Source: Sphingobacteriales bacterium (GTDB lineage Bacteria; Bacteroidota; Bacteroidia; Chitinophagales; JADIYW01). Taken from it: a stretch of DNA of 64,000 bases. Of the stretch, positions 36,134 through 45,894 are shown piece by piece (the stretch's first letter is position 1; the number at the start of each line of letters is the position of its first letter). The stretch is taken from NCBI GenBank assembly GCA_016719635.1, contig JADJYT010000016.1, forward strand, positions 829-64,828, read 5' to 3'. Made by a program: the position numbers and the translations under genes. The notes under the pieces are model-generated. The model ran no database searches, had not been told where the DNA came from, and saw only the letters and a list, made by a program, of their open reading frames with translations.

Positions 36134-36907
36134 ATGGGAGAATTAAGAAATATATTATTTACAGCAAGCTATTTTCTGTATAATATCATGAGTGCACAGG
36201 CCGTCTTTCAGGAAGATTTCAACGCCAGCTATTTCCCAGCGAACTGGACGGTTTCGCCCAGAATAGAGAAAGCATTGGCATTGGGAAAAGGCAACAGCGG
36301 ATATATACGCTTCCATCCAAAATATCAGCAGCAATCTATTGAAACACCATTAATCACTGTTCCAGCCGGTAATTATGCTCTTCTGTTTGACTGGAACAAA
36401 GCCGGTAATTCAAATGAAGACTCTGTTCTAGTTGAAGTTTCTGAAACCAACGGAAGCAGCTGGCAGGCAGTCTATACAATATTCAACGGCAACAACAGAA
36501 CATGGCAACCCGACTCTGTGGCATTAAATAACATTGGCGGAAACATAAAATTACGATGGAAATATTTCTCCGTCGGCATCTTTCCGTCACAATATTTTAA
36601 TCTGGATAATGTAGTATTGAAAAGTAATACCCCTACTTTCATAAAACAAAACATCAGTGATATAAGCTTTACCCTGTTCCCAAATCCGAATAATGGAATT
36701 TTCCAAATCAGGCTGAATAACCCGGCGCTAAAAAACGGAACATTACAAATAACAGACGTTAAAGGTTCTGTGGTATACAAACAACCACTCCCTGCTGTCA
36801 TCCAATCATTGATTCAGCTGGATAAATCTGGATTTAGCAAAGGCATCTACACCATTCGGCTTCAAACAGCGGCTGAAGTCATCTCTAAAAACGTCATCAT
36901 ACAATGA
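36134..36907 (+). CDS. T9SS type A sorting domain-containing secreted protein (choice-of-anchor-J-like N-terminus)
   Basis: The C-terminus FTLFPNPNNGIFQIRL...KGIYTIRLQT...KNVIIQ is typical of a T9SS CTD. The N-terminus has FQEDFNASYFPANWTV. Confidence 0.65.
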   Translation: MGELRNILFTASYFLYNIMSAQAVFQEDFNASYFPANWTVSPRIEKALALGKGNSGYIRFHPKYQQQSIETPLITVPAGNYALLFDWNKAGNSNEDSVLVEVSETNGSSWQAVYTIFNGNNRTWQPDSVALNNIGGNIKLRWKYFSVGIFPSQYFNLDNVVLKSNTPTFIKQNISDISFTLFPNPNNGIFQIRLNNPALKNGTLQITDVKGSVVYKQPLPAVIQSLIQLDKSGFSKGIYTIRLQTAAEVISKNVIIQ

Positions 36908-39156
36908 AATTAAGATCACTATTCTTATTGGTTATTGTTATCTTTATACACGATAGCAGCCCCGCCAAGGCTGTCGGCACCTTTTACTCCTTTACCCTGC
37001 AGTATGATGCATCTCTGCTTCCTTCGGCAAACTATGAAATGGAAAACTTTATTGTTCACTGGGATAACAACAACGGCAGTTTATACATAATACATAAAAA
37101 TAATCCCGGAAAGAAACTGTGGCAGAATTTAGCAGGCAAAGGATTTTGCGGAGCTGCACAAGGGAATGCCGTTATTGAAGAGAAAGCAGGCTCCTTCACG
37201 ATTCGCGACACAAAAACAAATGTTACCCAAACACAGACCATCCGCTCCATCAACTACCGGAGCAACAACATAGAGATTACAGGAGAATTTCTTTCCAGTC
37301 AGAATACGACCTACCGTTTACTGATAGCTGAAAAATCAGACAAACAGCTGCATATCCAGCTTCAAACAGATGATGCATCCTACAACAGGCTTTATCTAAC
37401 ACACGCATGTGAGAATAATGAACAGTTTTTTGGTTTTGGTGAACAGCCTTCGAACTTGAACCACAAAGGCAAACGCGTTCCAATTCTGGTTCAGGAACAA
37501 GGTATAGGAAGGGGGGATGCTATCTCCGATAACCCAATCATCAACTTCATTGTCAATTTGCCGCTGGGCGTTTCTGCAGGTGATGAATACACCTCTTACA
37601 AGGTTGTACCGCAATATATTTCATCGTTATCACATTCCCTTTATCTGGAAAATTATGAATACAGTGAATTTGATTTTACCCGAAACGACCAGGTACAGAT
37701 AGAATTGTATTCCGACAAGATGGATGCAAATATCATTTATGCAGAGAACCCGTATCAGGCAATAGAAGAATACACCAGCTATTGCGGACGTATGCAACCG
37801 CTTCCTTCATGGATCAGCAGCGGGGCGGTAATTGGTATGCAGGGCGGTACTGCAAAACTGTATGACGTCTGGAATACATTGAAAAATGCCGGAACTCCTA
37901 TTGCCGCATTTTGGGTGCAGGACTGGATAGGACAGCGCACCACGCTGGTGGGTAAACAGTTATGGTGGAACTGGGAACTGGATAACGACAGATATCCCGG
38001 CTGGAACACCTTACACGATACACTTAATACGGAAAATATAGGGCTGCTGGGTTATATCAATCCGTTTCTGGTGGATGTCACCCGCGAAAAACCAAATTAT
38101 CGGCGAGACTTGTACAAAGAAGCAACCCAAAATAATTTTTTGGTCTTAAATGACAGAGGACAGCCTTATCAGGTGCAGAATACCTCCTTTACTTCCGGTG
38201 TTTTAGACTTGAGCGACACCGGTTGTGTACACTGGATAAAAGATATCATCAAAGATGAAATGCTCGCACGTGGCCTGAAAGGTTGGATGGCGGATTTTGC
38301 AGAAGCTCTCCCCTTTGAGGCAGAACTGCATAGCGGAGAAAGCACTTACACGTTTCACAACAGGTACCCTGAGGTATGGGAACGAATAAACAAAGAAGCA
38401 ATACAAGAAAGTAACCTGAAGGACACGGTGGTGTTTTTTTCCAGGGCAGGCTATACCAAAAGCCCGATGTATGCTACCTTGTTCTGGCAGGGTGACCAGC
38501 TAGTCAGCTGGGGTAAAAATGACGGACTTAAGTCAGCAGTTACCGGCTTGCTCAGCGGTGGCTTATCCGGCTTTACACTTAACCACAGTGATATAGGGGG
38601 TTATACATCCGTAACCATACCGATATTAAATATTCCCGTACTGGGACGAAGCAAAGAGCTGCTGAGAAGATGGATGGAAATGGCAGCCTTTACGCCTGTT
38701 TACAGAACACATGAAGGTCTTGGCCCTGATAAAAATTACCAGGTGTATCAGGATGAAGAAACAGCGGCACATTTTGCGCGCAATGCAAAAATCTATCAGG
38801 CATGGTATTTTTACAGAAAACAACTGATGCAGGAAGCCGCGGATAAGGGTTATCCGATTTGCCGTCCATTGTTTTTAGAATACCCGAACGATATCAATAC
38901 CTTTAATATATCCAGTCAGTTTATGGTCGGAAGCGAACTGCTGGTAGCACCCGTTCTTGACCAGAACAAGACAACTGTCAGTGTCTATTTACCAAACGGA
39001 AATTGGGTAAATCTTTGGACAGACCAGATAATAAACAGCTCCGGACAATATTTTACCATTTCAAATGTTGCAGACAGGGCAGCGGTATTTTACAAGCAGG
39101 GATCCTCTACAGGATTGCAGTTCAAACAGAATCTACTCAATGAAGGCATCAACTAG
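36904..39156 (+). CDS. glycoside hydrolase family 31 protein (YihQ-like subfamily)
   Basis: It has the nucleophile-region motif GWMADFAE, FSRAGYT...FWQGDQ and WVQDWIG...LWWNWE. It has a signal peptide and is 750 aa. Confidence 0.85.
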   Translation: MKLRSLFLLVIVIFIHDSSPAKAVGTFYSFTLQYDASLLPSANYEMENFIVHWDNNNGSLYIIHKNNPGKKLWQNLAGKGFCGAAQGNAVIEEKAGSFTIRDTKTNVTQTQTIRSINYRSNNIEITGEFLSSQNTTYRLLIAEKSDKQLHIQLQTDDASYNRLYLTHACENNEQFFGFGEQPSNLNHKGKRVPILVQEQGIGRGDAISDNPIINFIVNLPLGVSAGDEYTSYKVVPQYISSLSHSLYLENYEYSEFDFTRNDQVQIELYSDKMDANIIYAENPYQAIEEYTSYCGRMQPLPSWISSGAVIGMQGGTAKLYDVWNTLKNAGTPIAAFWVQDWIGQRTTLVGKQLWWNWELDNDRYPGWNTLHDTLNTENIGLLGYINPFLVDVTREKPNYRRDLYKEATQNNFLVLNDRGQPYQVQNTSFTSGVLDLSDTGCVHWIKDIIKDEMLARGLKGWMADFAEALPFEAELHSGESTYTFHNRYPEVWERINKEAIQESNLKDTVVFFSRAGYTKSPMYATLFWQGDQLVSWGKNDGLKSAVTGLLSGGLSGFTLNHSDIGGYTSVTIPILNIPVLGRSKELLRRWMEMAAFTPVYRTHEGLGPDKNYQVYQDEETAAHFARNAKIYQAWYFYRKQLMQEAADKGYPICRPLFLEYPNDINTFNISSQFMVGSELLVAPVLDQNKTTVSVYLPNGNWVNLWTDQIINSSGQYFTISNVADRAAVFYKQGSSTGLQFKQNLLNEGIN

Positions 39157-39165
39157 ATAAGAACT

Positions 39166-40518
39166 ATGGAAACTATTCAGACAGATGTAGTCATCATCGG
39201 TGCGGGCTACGCAGGTATTGCAGCTGCACGGAAATTACAGGAAGCCGGAAAATCCTTTATAGTCATCGAAGCACGTGACAGAATAGGCGGAAGAACATTC
39301 ACACAACAACTGGACTGCGGCGCCACCGTGGATTTAGGTGCACAATGGATAGGCCCTACACAACACCATATCTGGAAATGGGTACATGAAACGAATACGG
39401 AAACGTATGATTGTTACGATTCCGGAAAAAATATCCTGGCCTGGAAAAATAAGGTGTCGACCTATAAAGGCACCATTCCAAAAATCGACCCGATTTCATT
39501 AATTGACCTTGGAATCGCTCTGGATAAAATCAACAAGCTTTGCAAACAGGTTCCGTTAGAGGCACCCTGGACACATCCGAGAGCGCTGGAATACGACTCC
39601 ATGACGCTGCATACCTGGATGGAAAAGAACATGTATACGAAGAAAGCAAAGCATCTTTTCAATATCGGCGTTGAAACGGTTTTTGCAGCGGGTGCGCATG
39701 AGATTTCTTTCCTGCATGCCTTATTTTACTGCCACAGCGGCGACAATATGGAAGCGCTGATATCCATTTCCAACGGGGCGCAACAAACTCTGTTAAAAGG
39801 CGGCACGCAAGGTTTGTTGCAAAAAATAGCGACACCTCTCCAGGATAAAATCTACTTAAATAATCCTGTCTTAAAGATTAATCAGGATGAAAATGGAATA
39901 ACTGTTGGATCAGAAAATCTAATCGTTCACGCAAAAAAATGCATTTCCACCATTCCTCCCACTTTATTGAGTAGTATACGATTCAGTCCGATTTTGCCGC
40001 AACGAAAAGCACAGATGATACAGCGTGTGCCCATGGGTGCAGCCATGAAATGTTTCTGTATTTACAAAACACCGTTTTGGCGGAAAATGGGATTCTCCGG
40101 GCAAATTGTAAGCGATACCTTACCGGTAAGGGTGACCTTTGACTGCACCAACAAGGATAATGACTTTGGCGTGTTACTGGTTTTTGTGGAAGGCCACAAT
40201 GCCCGTGATTTCATTGAACAGCCGGAAGCCGTCCGAAGAGAAAGCGTATTGAATCAGCTGGTCGGTTATTTTGGAGAAGACGCGAGAAACATCCTCGAAT
40301 ACAAAGATAAATGCTGGACCGAAGAAGAATACAGCCGGGGATGCTACGCCGGCAATATGCCGACCGGCGTGCTGACGCAATTCGGGAAAACACTGCGCGA
40401 ACCATTTATGCACCTGTATTTTGCAGGCACCGAAACCGCCATGAAATGGAACGGCTATATGGACGGTGCGATGGAGAGTGGATTAAGGGCGGCCGGGGAA
40501 GTAGTAAATCTTAATTGA
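39166..40518 (+). CDS. flavin monoamine oxidase family protein
   Basis: It has the FAD-binding N-terminus DVVIIGAGYAGIAAARKL...EARDRIGGR and the C-terminal FAGTETA motif. Confidence 0.85.
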   Translation: METIQTDVVIIGAGYAGIAAARKLQEAGKSFIVIEARDRIGGRTFTQQLDCGATVDLGAQWIGPTQHHIWKWVHETNTETYDCYDSGKNILAWKNKVSTYKGTIPKIDPISLIDLGIALDKINKLCKQVPLEAPWTHPRALEYDSMTLHTWMEKNMYTKKAKHLFNIGVETVFAAGAHEISFLHALFYCHSGDNMEALISISNGAQQTLLKGGTQGLLQKIATPLQDKIYLNNPVLKINQDENGITVGSENLIVHAKKCISTIPPTLLSSIRFSPILPQRKAQMIQRVPMGAAMKCFCIYKTPFWRKMGFSGQIVSDTLPVRVTFDCTNKDNDFGVLLVFVEGHNARDFIEQPEAVRRESVLNQLVGYFGEDARNILEYKDKCWTEEEYSRGCYAGNMPTGVLTQFGKTLREPFMHLYFAGTETAMKWNGYMDGAMESGLRAAGEVVNLN

Positions 40519-40532
40519 GTCGTGTGATAAAA

Positions 40533-41336
40533 ATGTACAGAACATTCAGAATGAGTATACAACTTGTATTATGCGGCCTGGGTATATTTTTCATAGGATG
40601 TTCAAAGAATACTGAAACTCATACCATAAACTGCCATCCGGCCATTACCCAGACAGATACAGCTGTCCTGCTCGTGCTCGGCCAGTCGAACGCCGCTAAT
40701 TTTGGATTGACACCTTATAGTGCTGTTTGTGAAAATGTTCTGAATTTCTACGCAGGTAGTTTTTATCCCTGTGCAGATCCGCTGAAAGGAGCCGCCGGCA
40801 CCAACGGCAGCGTATGGAGCAGGCTGGGCGATAGGCTCGTTGACAATGGGTTTGCCAAAACAGTCATTATTGCACCCTGTGCAATCGGGGGTACAACGCT
40901 GCAGCAATGGAAACCGGGTGGCATCAACAATCATTATTTAACTGAAACCATCCGGCATCTTCAGTCAAGAGGGTTAACCATTACGCATATTCTCTGGCAT
41001 CAGGGAGAAGCCAACAATGCCGGCTCCCTGTCATATCCGTTCGCGCAGCAGAATGCACAGCAATATCAGCATGATTTCAGGGAGCTCATCGCACAAATCC
41101 GCTCCATAGGTGTAGGTGCCCCTGTTTTTCCTGCCATTGCCACCCAATGCAAACAGTCAGCGGACACCTTGCTGCAACAGGCGCAACGAGGTTTGGCTTC
41201 GGATAGTCTGGCTATTTTCAACGGGCCCGATACAGATGCATTAGGCGATGAATATCGTTTTGACGGCTGCCATTTTAATGAAGAAGGTTTGTATAAACAC
41301 GCCCGGCTTTGGGCGGATATCATCCTAAGGCATTGA
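40533..41336 (+). CDS. sialate O-acetylesterase-like (DUF303/SGNH-type carbohydrate esterase) lipoprotein
   Basis: It has a GQSNA motif (VLLVLGQSNAANFG), WHQGEAN and a C-terminal DGCHFNEEG. The lipobox is FIGCS. The track start at 40515 is a TTG, so I used the ATG at 40533. Confidence 0.55.
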   Translation: MYRTFRMSIQLVLCGLGIFFIGCSKNTETHTINCHPAITQTDTAVLLVLGQSNAANFGLTPYSAVCENVLNFYAGSFYPCADPLKGAAGTNGSVWSRLGDRLVDNGFAKTVIIAPCAIGGTTLQQWKPGGINNHYLTETIRHLQSRGLTITHILWHQGEANNAGSLSYPFAQQNAQQYQHDFRELIAQIRSIGVGAPVFPAIATQCKQSADTLLQQAQRGLASDSLAIFNGPDTDALGDEYRFDGCHFNEEGLYKHARLWADIILRH

Positions 41337-41363
41337 TCCCAAATACTAAAAAAGCCTGCAGGT

Positions 41364-41555
41364 TTAAATCAGTTTATAAATGCCCATTGTAACTCCCATC
41401 CGATCCTCCGCAGTCACCCTGCTGTCAGAACAACCGATGTATATAAAATCCGGATTCTGTCCTTTGGATAAGTTACTAAAATAATCCGGATCCAGGGCCA
41501 GCTTGTTGGCCACCCACTCCTTATTGTGTTCAACTATTTTAGTGATCCTATCCAT
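41364..41555 (-). pseudogene. truncated beta-class carbonic anhydrase remnant (N-terminal ~50 aa only)
   Basis: NKEWVANKLALDPDYFSNLSKGQNPDFIYIGCSDSRVTAE is the N-terminus and first zinc-ligand region (CSDSR) of a beta-CA. The ORF then diverges and stops at 63 aa, whereas full-length proteins are about 200+ aa. Confidence 0.55.
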
Positions 41556-41818
41556 ATGAAAACAATTAGATGGCCTTTAGGTATGTAAAATATAAAAATC
41601 CATTGATTGTTGAACAGGCTCTGTAAAATTAAAGATAAAACAGGATAACATTTTATAGTTTCTTCCAGTATCTTTAGTAGGCTATTTAGTGATATGAAAA
41701 TGGGAAAAAAGGTACGGATATGGATATTCTTATTGGTTGTCATTAATATTTTTTTGCATTTCTATTTTTCAGGTATGGGATATCAGGATTCCATGTAACG
41801 GTTCTTGTCTATTTAACC

Positions 41819-42859
41819 TTGTTGTATATACTTGCGGCGACCATAAAAAGCAATGTAATCAGGATAAATCTTATTGTTTTTTTGTCATTGCTGCTGGTGT
41901 CTGAAGTGTATCTGCGGATATCCGGGAAGGGGTTCCCTAATTACATTGAAAATAATTCCACTTCCCTGTTTTGTATGTATCAGTCAAGGTCTTTCGGCGC
42001 CTCCGGCCGCCTGACAAACGGCCTCTATATAAACCGGCCCAATTCGGAAAGAACAGAAAAGAAAGTTGAATTTCAATACCGCCACAAATATAATGAGATG
42101 GGGCTCCGCGATACTGCTTTGTCCTTTTACAGGAACAAGAAGAATATTCTCCTATTGGGTGATTCTTACACGGAAGGTGTAGGTGCGCCGGTTGACTCCA
42201 CAGGGCCACGGTCCGTTGAATATCACCTGAAAGAAACGGGTAAAAACTACACTGTCATCAACGCAGGTGTCAGCGGAAGCGATATCGTCTATGCTTTTGA
42301 ATTATTAGACACTCTTTTCAAACAGACGCAACCCAAAATAGTATTGTACAACCTTCATTATTCCGATATCGATGATATCATGTTCAAAGGCGGAGATGAA
42401 CGATTTACGAACGGAACACGCAAGGCATTCTGGTGGGAATACCTCTATTCCTTTTCCTGCATTTACAGAATTATCTCTAACAGACTACTGCACCTGAACC
42501 CCGATACCTCCACTAAAGATGACTTTAATTTCGCTTTGGAGGTGATAAAGCAGAAAGTGGTTGATTTTAATGAATACTGCAGCAAGAACAAGGCAATTTT
42601 TGTCTTAATCATTACTCCAGGACCCAATGAACTCTATAATACCTATCATTTCGCCAATGCCTTCAACCTGGAGACCACCATAAAGGAATTGGATACACCG
42701 GTAAACTATATAAACACACAACAAATCCTGACGGATGAAATCAACCGCTCCAATGATGTCGATAGATATTTCCACCGCCTGGATTTCCACCTGACCGCCT
42801 ACGGCTATTGGCTGTGGGGAAAGATTGTCGCATCAGGGTTGAAAAATGTTCCGGATTAG
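41819..42859 (+). CDS. SGNH/GDSL hydrolase family protein
   Basis: It has the GDS block ILLLGDSYTEGVGAP, an N-terminal TM anchor and a late DxxH-like HRLDFHLT. The start is a TTG in the track and is uncertain. Confidence 0.5.
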   Translation: MLYILAATIKSNVIRINLIVFLSLLLVSEVYLRISGKGFPNYIENNSTSLFCMYQSRSFGASGRLTNGLYINRPNSERTEKKVEFQYRHKYNEMGLRDTALSFYRNKKNILLLGDSYTEGVGAPVDSTGPRSVEYHLKETGKNYTVINAGVSGSDIVYAFELLDTLFKQTQPKIVLYNLHYSDIDDIMFKGGDERFTNGTRKAFWWEYLYSFSCIYRIISNRLLHLNPDTSTKDDFNFALEVIKQKVVDFNEYCSKNKAIFVLIITPGPNELYNTYHFANAFNLETTIKELDTPVNYINTQQILTDEINRSNDVDRYFHRLDFHLTAYGYWLWGKIVASGLKNVPD

Positions 42860-42997
42860 TCCCTTTGTATTTCCCATTTCGTCCTGTTTATTTTTCGGCA
42901 GCAATAATTTCGCTCCACAAAGGTCAGATAAAGCTGAACAATTTCTCCTGCTGACAGGTTTTTCACAGATATTTCCTAAGTTTACGCTGCTTATTTT

Positions 42998-45862
42998 ATG
43001 TCAACCAAACCGCTCCCGTCCATCTCACAAGAAGAAATCACGCATATCAACGTGTATGGTGCGAAAGAGCATAACCTGAAAAATATCGATGTACATATCC
43101 CGCGCAACCAGTTTGTGGTCATCACCGGACTAAGCGGCAGCGGCAAATCATCCCTTGCCTTTGATACCATCTATGCGGAAGGGCAGCGTCGATATATGGA
43201 GAGTTTTGGTTCTTATGCCCGGCAGTTTCTGGGAAGTATGGAGCGTCCGGATGTAGAAAAAATATCCGGTCTGTCTCCCGTCATCTCCATCGAACAAAAA
43301 ACCACCAACCGCAACCCGCGCTCCACGGTCGGAACCACTACAGAAATTTATGACTTTTTGCGTTTGCTATATGCACGCATCGGCGATGCCTATTCCTTCA
43401 ATACAGGTGAAAAGATGGTGCGCTTCTCCGAGGAACAAATCATTGACGATATTCTGCATAAATTTCAGGATAAGAAAATCGCCATCCTGGCTCCGCTTGT
43501 GCGCGGCCGCAAAGGACATTACCGCGAGCTGTTTGAGGACATCCGCAAACAAGGCTATCTGCGGGTAAGGGTGGACGGTGAAACCCAGGAAATCCACCCT
43601 AAGATGCAGGTGGACCGCTACAAAATCCACGACATTGAAGTGGTGATAGACCGGATAAGGGTGGACAAAAAAGAAGTGCAGCGCTTACGGGAATCCATCA
43701 ACAAAGCACTGAAAGAAGGAAAAGGATTACTCTTTATCGAGAATCTGGAAAATGGAAAAATCACGACCTATTCCAAGACCCTCATGTGCCCGACCACCGG
43801 CATCTCTTATGAGGAGCCTTCACCGAACACGTTTTCCTTCAACTCTCCGTATGGAGCCTGTCCGCATTGCAAGGGCATGGGTGTCATCAAGGAAGCGGAT
43901 ATGAAAAAAGTGATTCCCGATGACAGTAAATCTGTTTTGGAACAGGGAATTGTTCCCTTTGGTGAATACCGCGACACCTATACCTATAAAATTGTCACTC
44001 AAATACTGACATCCTATAAAGCCACCTTAAAAACACCGATTAACAGGCTTCCAAAAGAATGCCTGGAGATCTTGCTGTATGGCAGTGAAGAAAAAATAAA
44101 AGTGGAAGCAAAGGAAAATAAAGAACGCAAATCTACCAATACCCATTGGAGCCTTTCTTTTGATGGCGTCATCAACCAGATTAATAAATCTTTCACCGAA
44201 ACCTCGAGCGATGCCTTGCGCAACTGGGCGGAAAATTACGTCAGTGAAGTGGATTGCAGCGAATGCAGCGGCACCCGGCTGAAGAAGGAGTCCTTATGGT
44301 TTAAATTGGACAATAAAAATATCAGTGAAGTTGCCAGACAGGATTTGAATGAATTGCAGGAATGGGTAGCTCAGCTCGGCAAAAAATTAACGAAGAACCA
44401 GAATATCATAGCCAAAGACATCATCAAGGAGCTGGAAGACAGAATAGGATTTTTGCTGAATGTTGGATTGAATTATTTATCCCTTGACCGGCCTACTGGA
44501 AGTTTATCCGGCGGCGAATCGCAACGCATACGGCTTGCAACGCAAATCGGCTCGCAACTCCAGGGCATCACGTATATCCTGGATGAACCCAGTATCGGAT
44601 TGCATCAGCGCGACAACCGACGGCTGATTAAAGCTCTCCGCAACCTGGCGGATATCGGTAATACCGTAATCGTGGTGGAACACGACAAAGACATCATGCT
44701 CGCCTCCGATTACATCCTGGATTTGGGACCAAAAGCTGGCGAACACGGCGGGGAAATTGTGGCGCAGGGCACACCCGCAGCATTTCTGGAACAAAATACC
44801 ACTACTGCAAAGTATTTAGCCAATAAAATATCCATTGAGATTCCTAAAAAACGACGCAAGGGAAACGGGCTCCGTTTGACTTTAAAAGGGGCGACAGGCC
44901 ACAACCTGAAGAGTGTGACACTGGAAATTCCATTAGGCACATTTACCTGCATCACCGGCGTTTCCGGTTCCGGCAAGTCCACGTTAATCAATGAAACGTT
45001 ATACCCGATATTAAACCAGCATATCTATCGTTCTCCGTTCAACCCGATGCCGTATAATAGCATCGATGGACTAGAGCATCTGGACAAGGTCATTGAAATA
45101 GACCAGTCACCAATCGGGCGAACTCCGCGCAGCAACCCGGCCACCTATATCGGTATGTTTGATAAAATCAGGGAATTGTATGCCAATATTCCGGAATCCA
45201 AAATCAGGGGGTATAAGAATGGCCGCTTTTCATTTAATGTGATTGGCGGTAGGTGCGAAGAATGCCAGGGCGGCGGTATGAAACTGATCGAAATGAACTT
45301 CCTGCCGGATGTGTATGTGGAGTGTCCTAAATGCCTGGGCAGACGCTACAACCGGGAGACACTGGAAATCAAATACAAAGGCAAAAGCATTTATGATGTA
45401 CTGGAAATGCCGATAGAACATGCCGCACAGTTCTTTGAACACATTCCATCCATTTACAATAAAATCAGAATGCTGAATGAGGTGGGTCTGGGTTATGTGC
45501 GCCTCGGACAGGCCGCCACTACCCTGAGCGGCGGCGAAGCGCAGCGTGTAAAACTCTCTGAAGAACTGAGCAAGCGCGATACCGGGAAAACGATTTATAT
45601 TTTAGACGAACCAACCACGGGCCTGCACTTTGAAGATATACGGGTATTGCTGGATGTACTGCAAAAGCTGGTGGACAAAGGCAATACGGTGGTTGTGATA
45701 GAACACAATCTGGACGTCATCAAGGTAGCAGACCATATCGTCGACCTAGGACCTGAAGGCGGCCGTAGCGGTGGCGAAATCATAGCCACCGGTACGCCGG
45801 AAGAAGTGGCTAAAAACATGAAAAGCATTACCGGTCAATATTTGAAAGAAGAGTTTAAATGA
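42998..45862 (+). CDS. uvrA: excinuclease ABC subunit A
   Basis: It has two ABC modules (GLSGSGKSSLAFDTIYAEGQRRY and GVSGSGKSTLI), LSGGE signature motifs and CxxC zinc modules. It is 954 aa. Confidence 0.97.
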   Translation: MSTKPLPSISQEEITHINVYGAKEHNLKNIDVHIPRNQFVVITGLSGSGKSSLAFDTIYAEGQRRYMESFGSYARQFLGSMERPDVEKISGLSPVISIEQKTTNRNPRSTVGTTTEIYDFLRLLYARIGDAYSFNTGEKMVRFSEEQIIDDILHKFQDKKIAILAPLVRGRKGHYRELFEDIRKQGYLRVRVDGETQEIHPKMQVDRYKIHDIEVVIDRIRVDKKEVQRLRESINKALKEGKGLLFIENLENGKITTYSKTLMCPTTGISYEEPSPNTFSFNSPYGACPHCKGMGVIKEADMKKVIPDDSKSVLEQGIVPFGEYRDTYTYKIVTQILTSYKATLKTPINRLPKECLEILLYGSEEKIKVEAKENKERKSTNTHWSLSFDGVINQINKSFTETSSDALRNWAENYVSEVDCSECSGTRLKKESLWFKLDNKNISEVARQDLNELQEWVAQLGKKLTKNQNIIAKDIIKELEDRIGFLLNVGLNYLSLDRPTGSLSGGESQRIRLATQIGSQLQGITYILDEPSIGLHQRDNRRLIKALRNLADIGNTVIVVEHDKDIMLASDYILDLGPKAGEHGGEIVAQGTPAAFLEQNTTTAKYLANKISIEIPKKRRKGNGLRLTLKGATGHNLKSVTLEIPLGTFTCITGVSGSGKSTLINETLYPILNQHIYRSPFNPMPYNSIDGLEHLDKVIEIDQSPIGRTPRSNPATYIGMFDKIRELYANIPESKIRGYKNGRFSFNVIGGRCEECQGGGMKLIEMNFLPDVYVECPKCLGRRYNRETLEIKYKGKSIYDVLEMPIEHAAQFFEHIPSIYNKIRMLNEVGLGYVRLGQAATTLSGGEAQRVKLSEELSKRDTGKTIYILDEPTTGLHFEDIRVLLDVLQKLVDKGNTVVVIEHNLDVIKVADHIVDLGPEGGRSGGEIIATGTPEEVAKNMKSITGQYLKEEFK

Positions 45863-45894
45863 TATGAACTATGGCGGTGGTGATAGTGAATACA

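Noticed and set aside
36904-39156. Calling the GH31 a sulfoquinovosidase (YihQ)
   Set aside because: It shares the QDW...WNW block with YihQ as I recall it. However, the position I remember as the sulfonate-binding Arg (GKRVMWNW) is Gln here (GKQLWWNW), and no sulfoglycolysis genes are adjacent. I keep it as generic GH31.
41534-41743. 69-aa minus-strand ORF in the AT-rich gap
   Set aside because: It has AT-rich, Ile/Leu/Lys-biased composition and no motif. It is probably a chance ORF next to the CA remnant.
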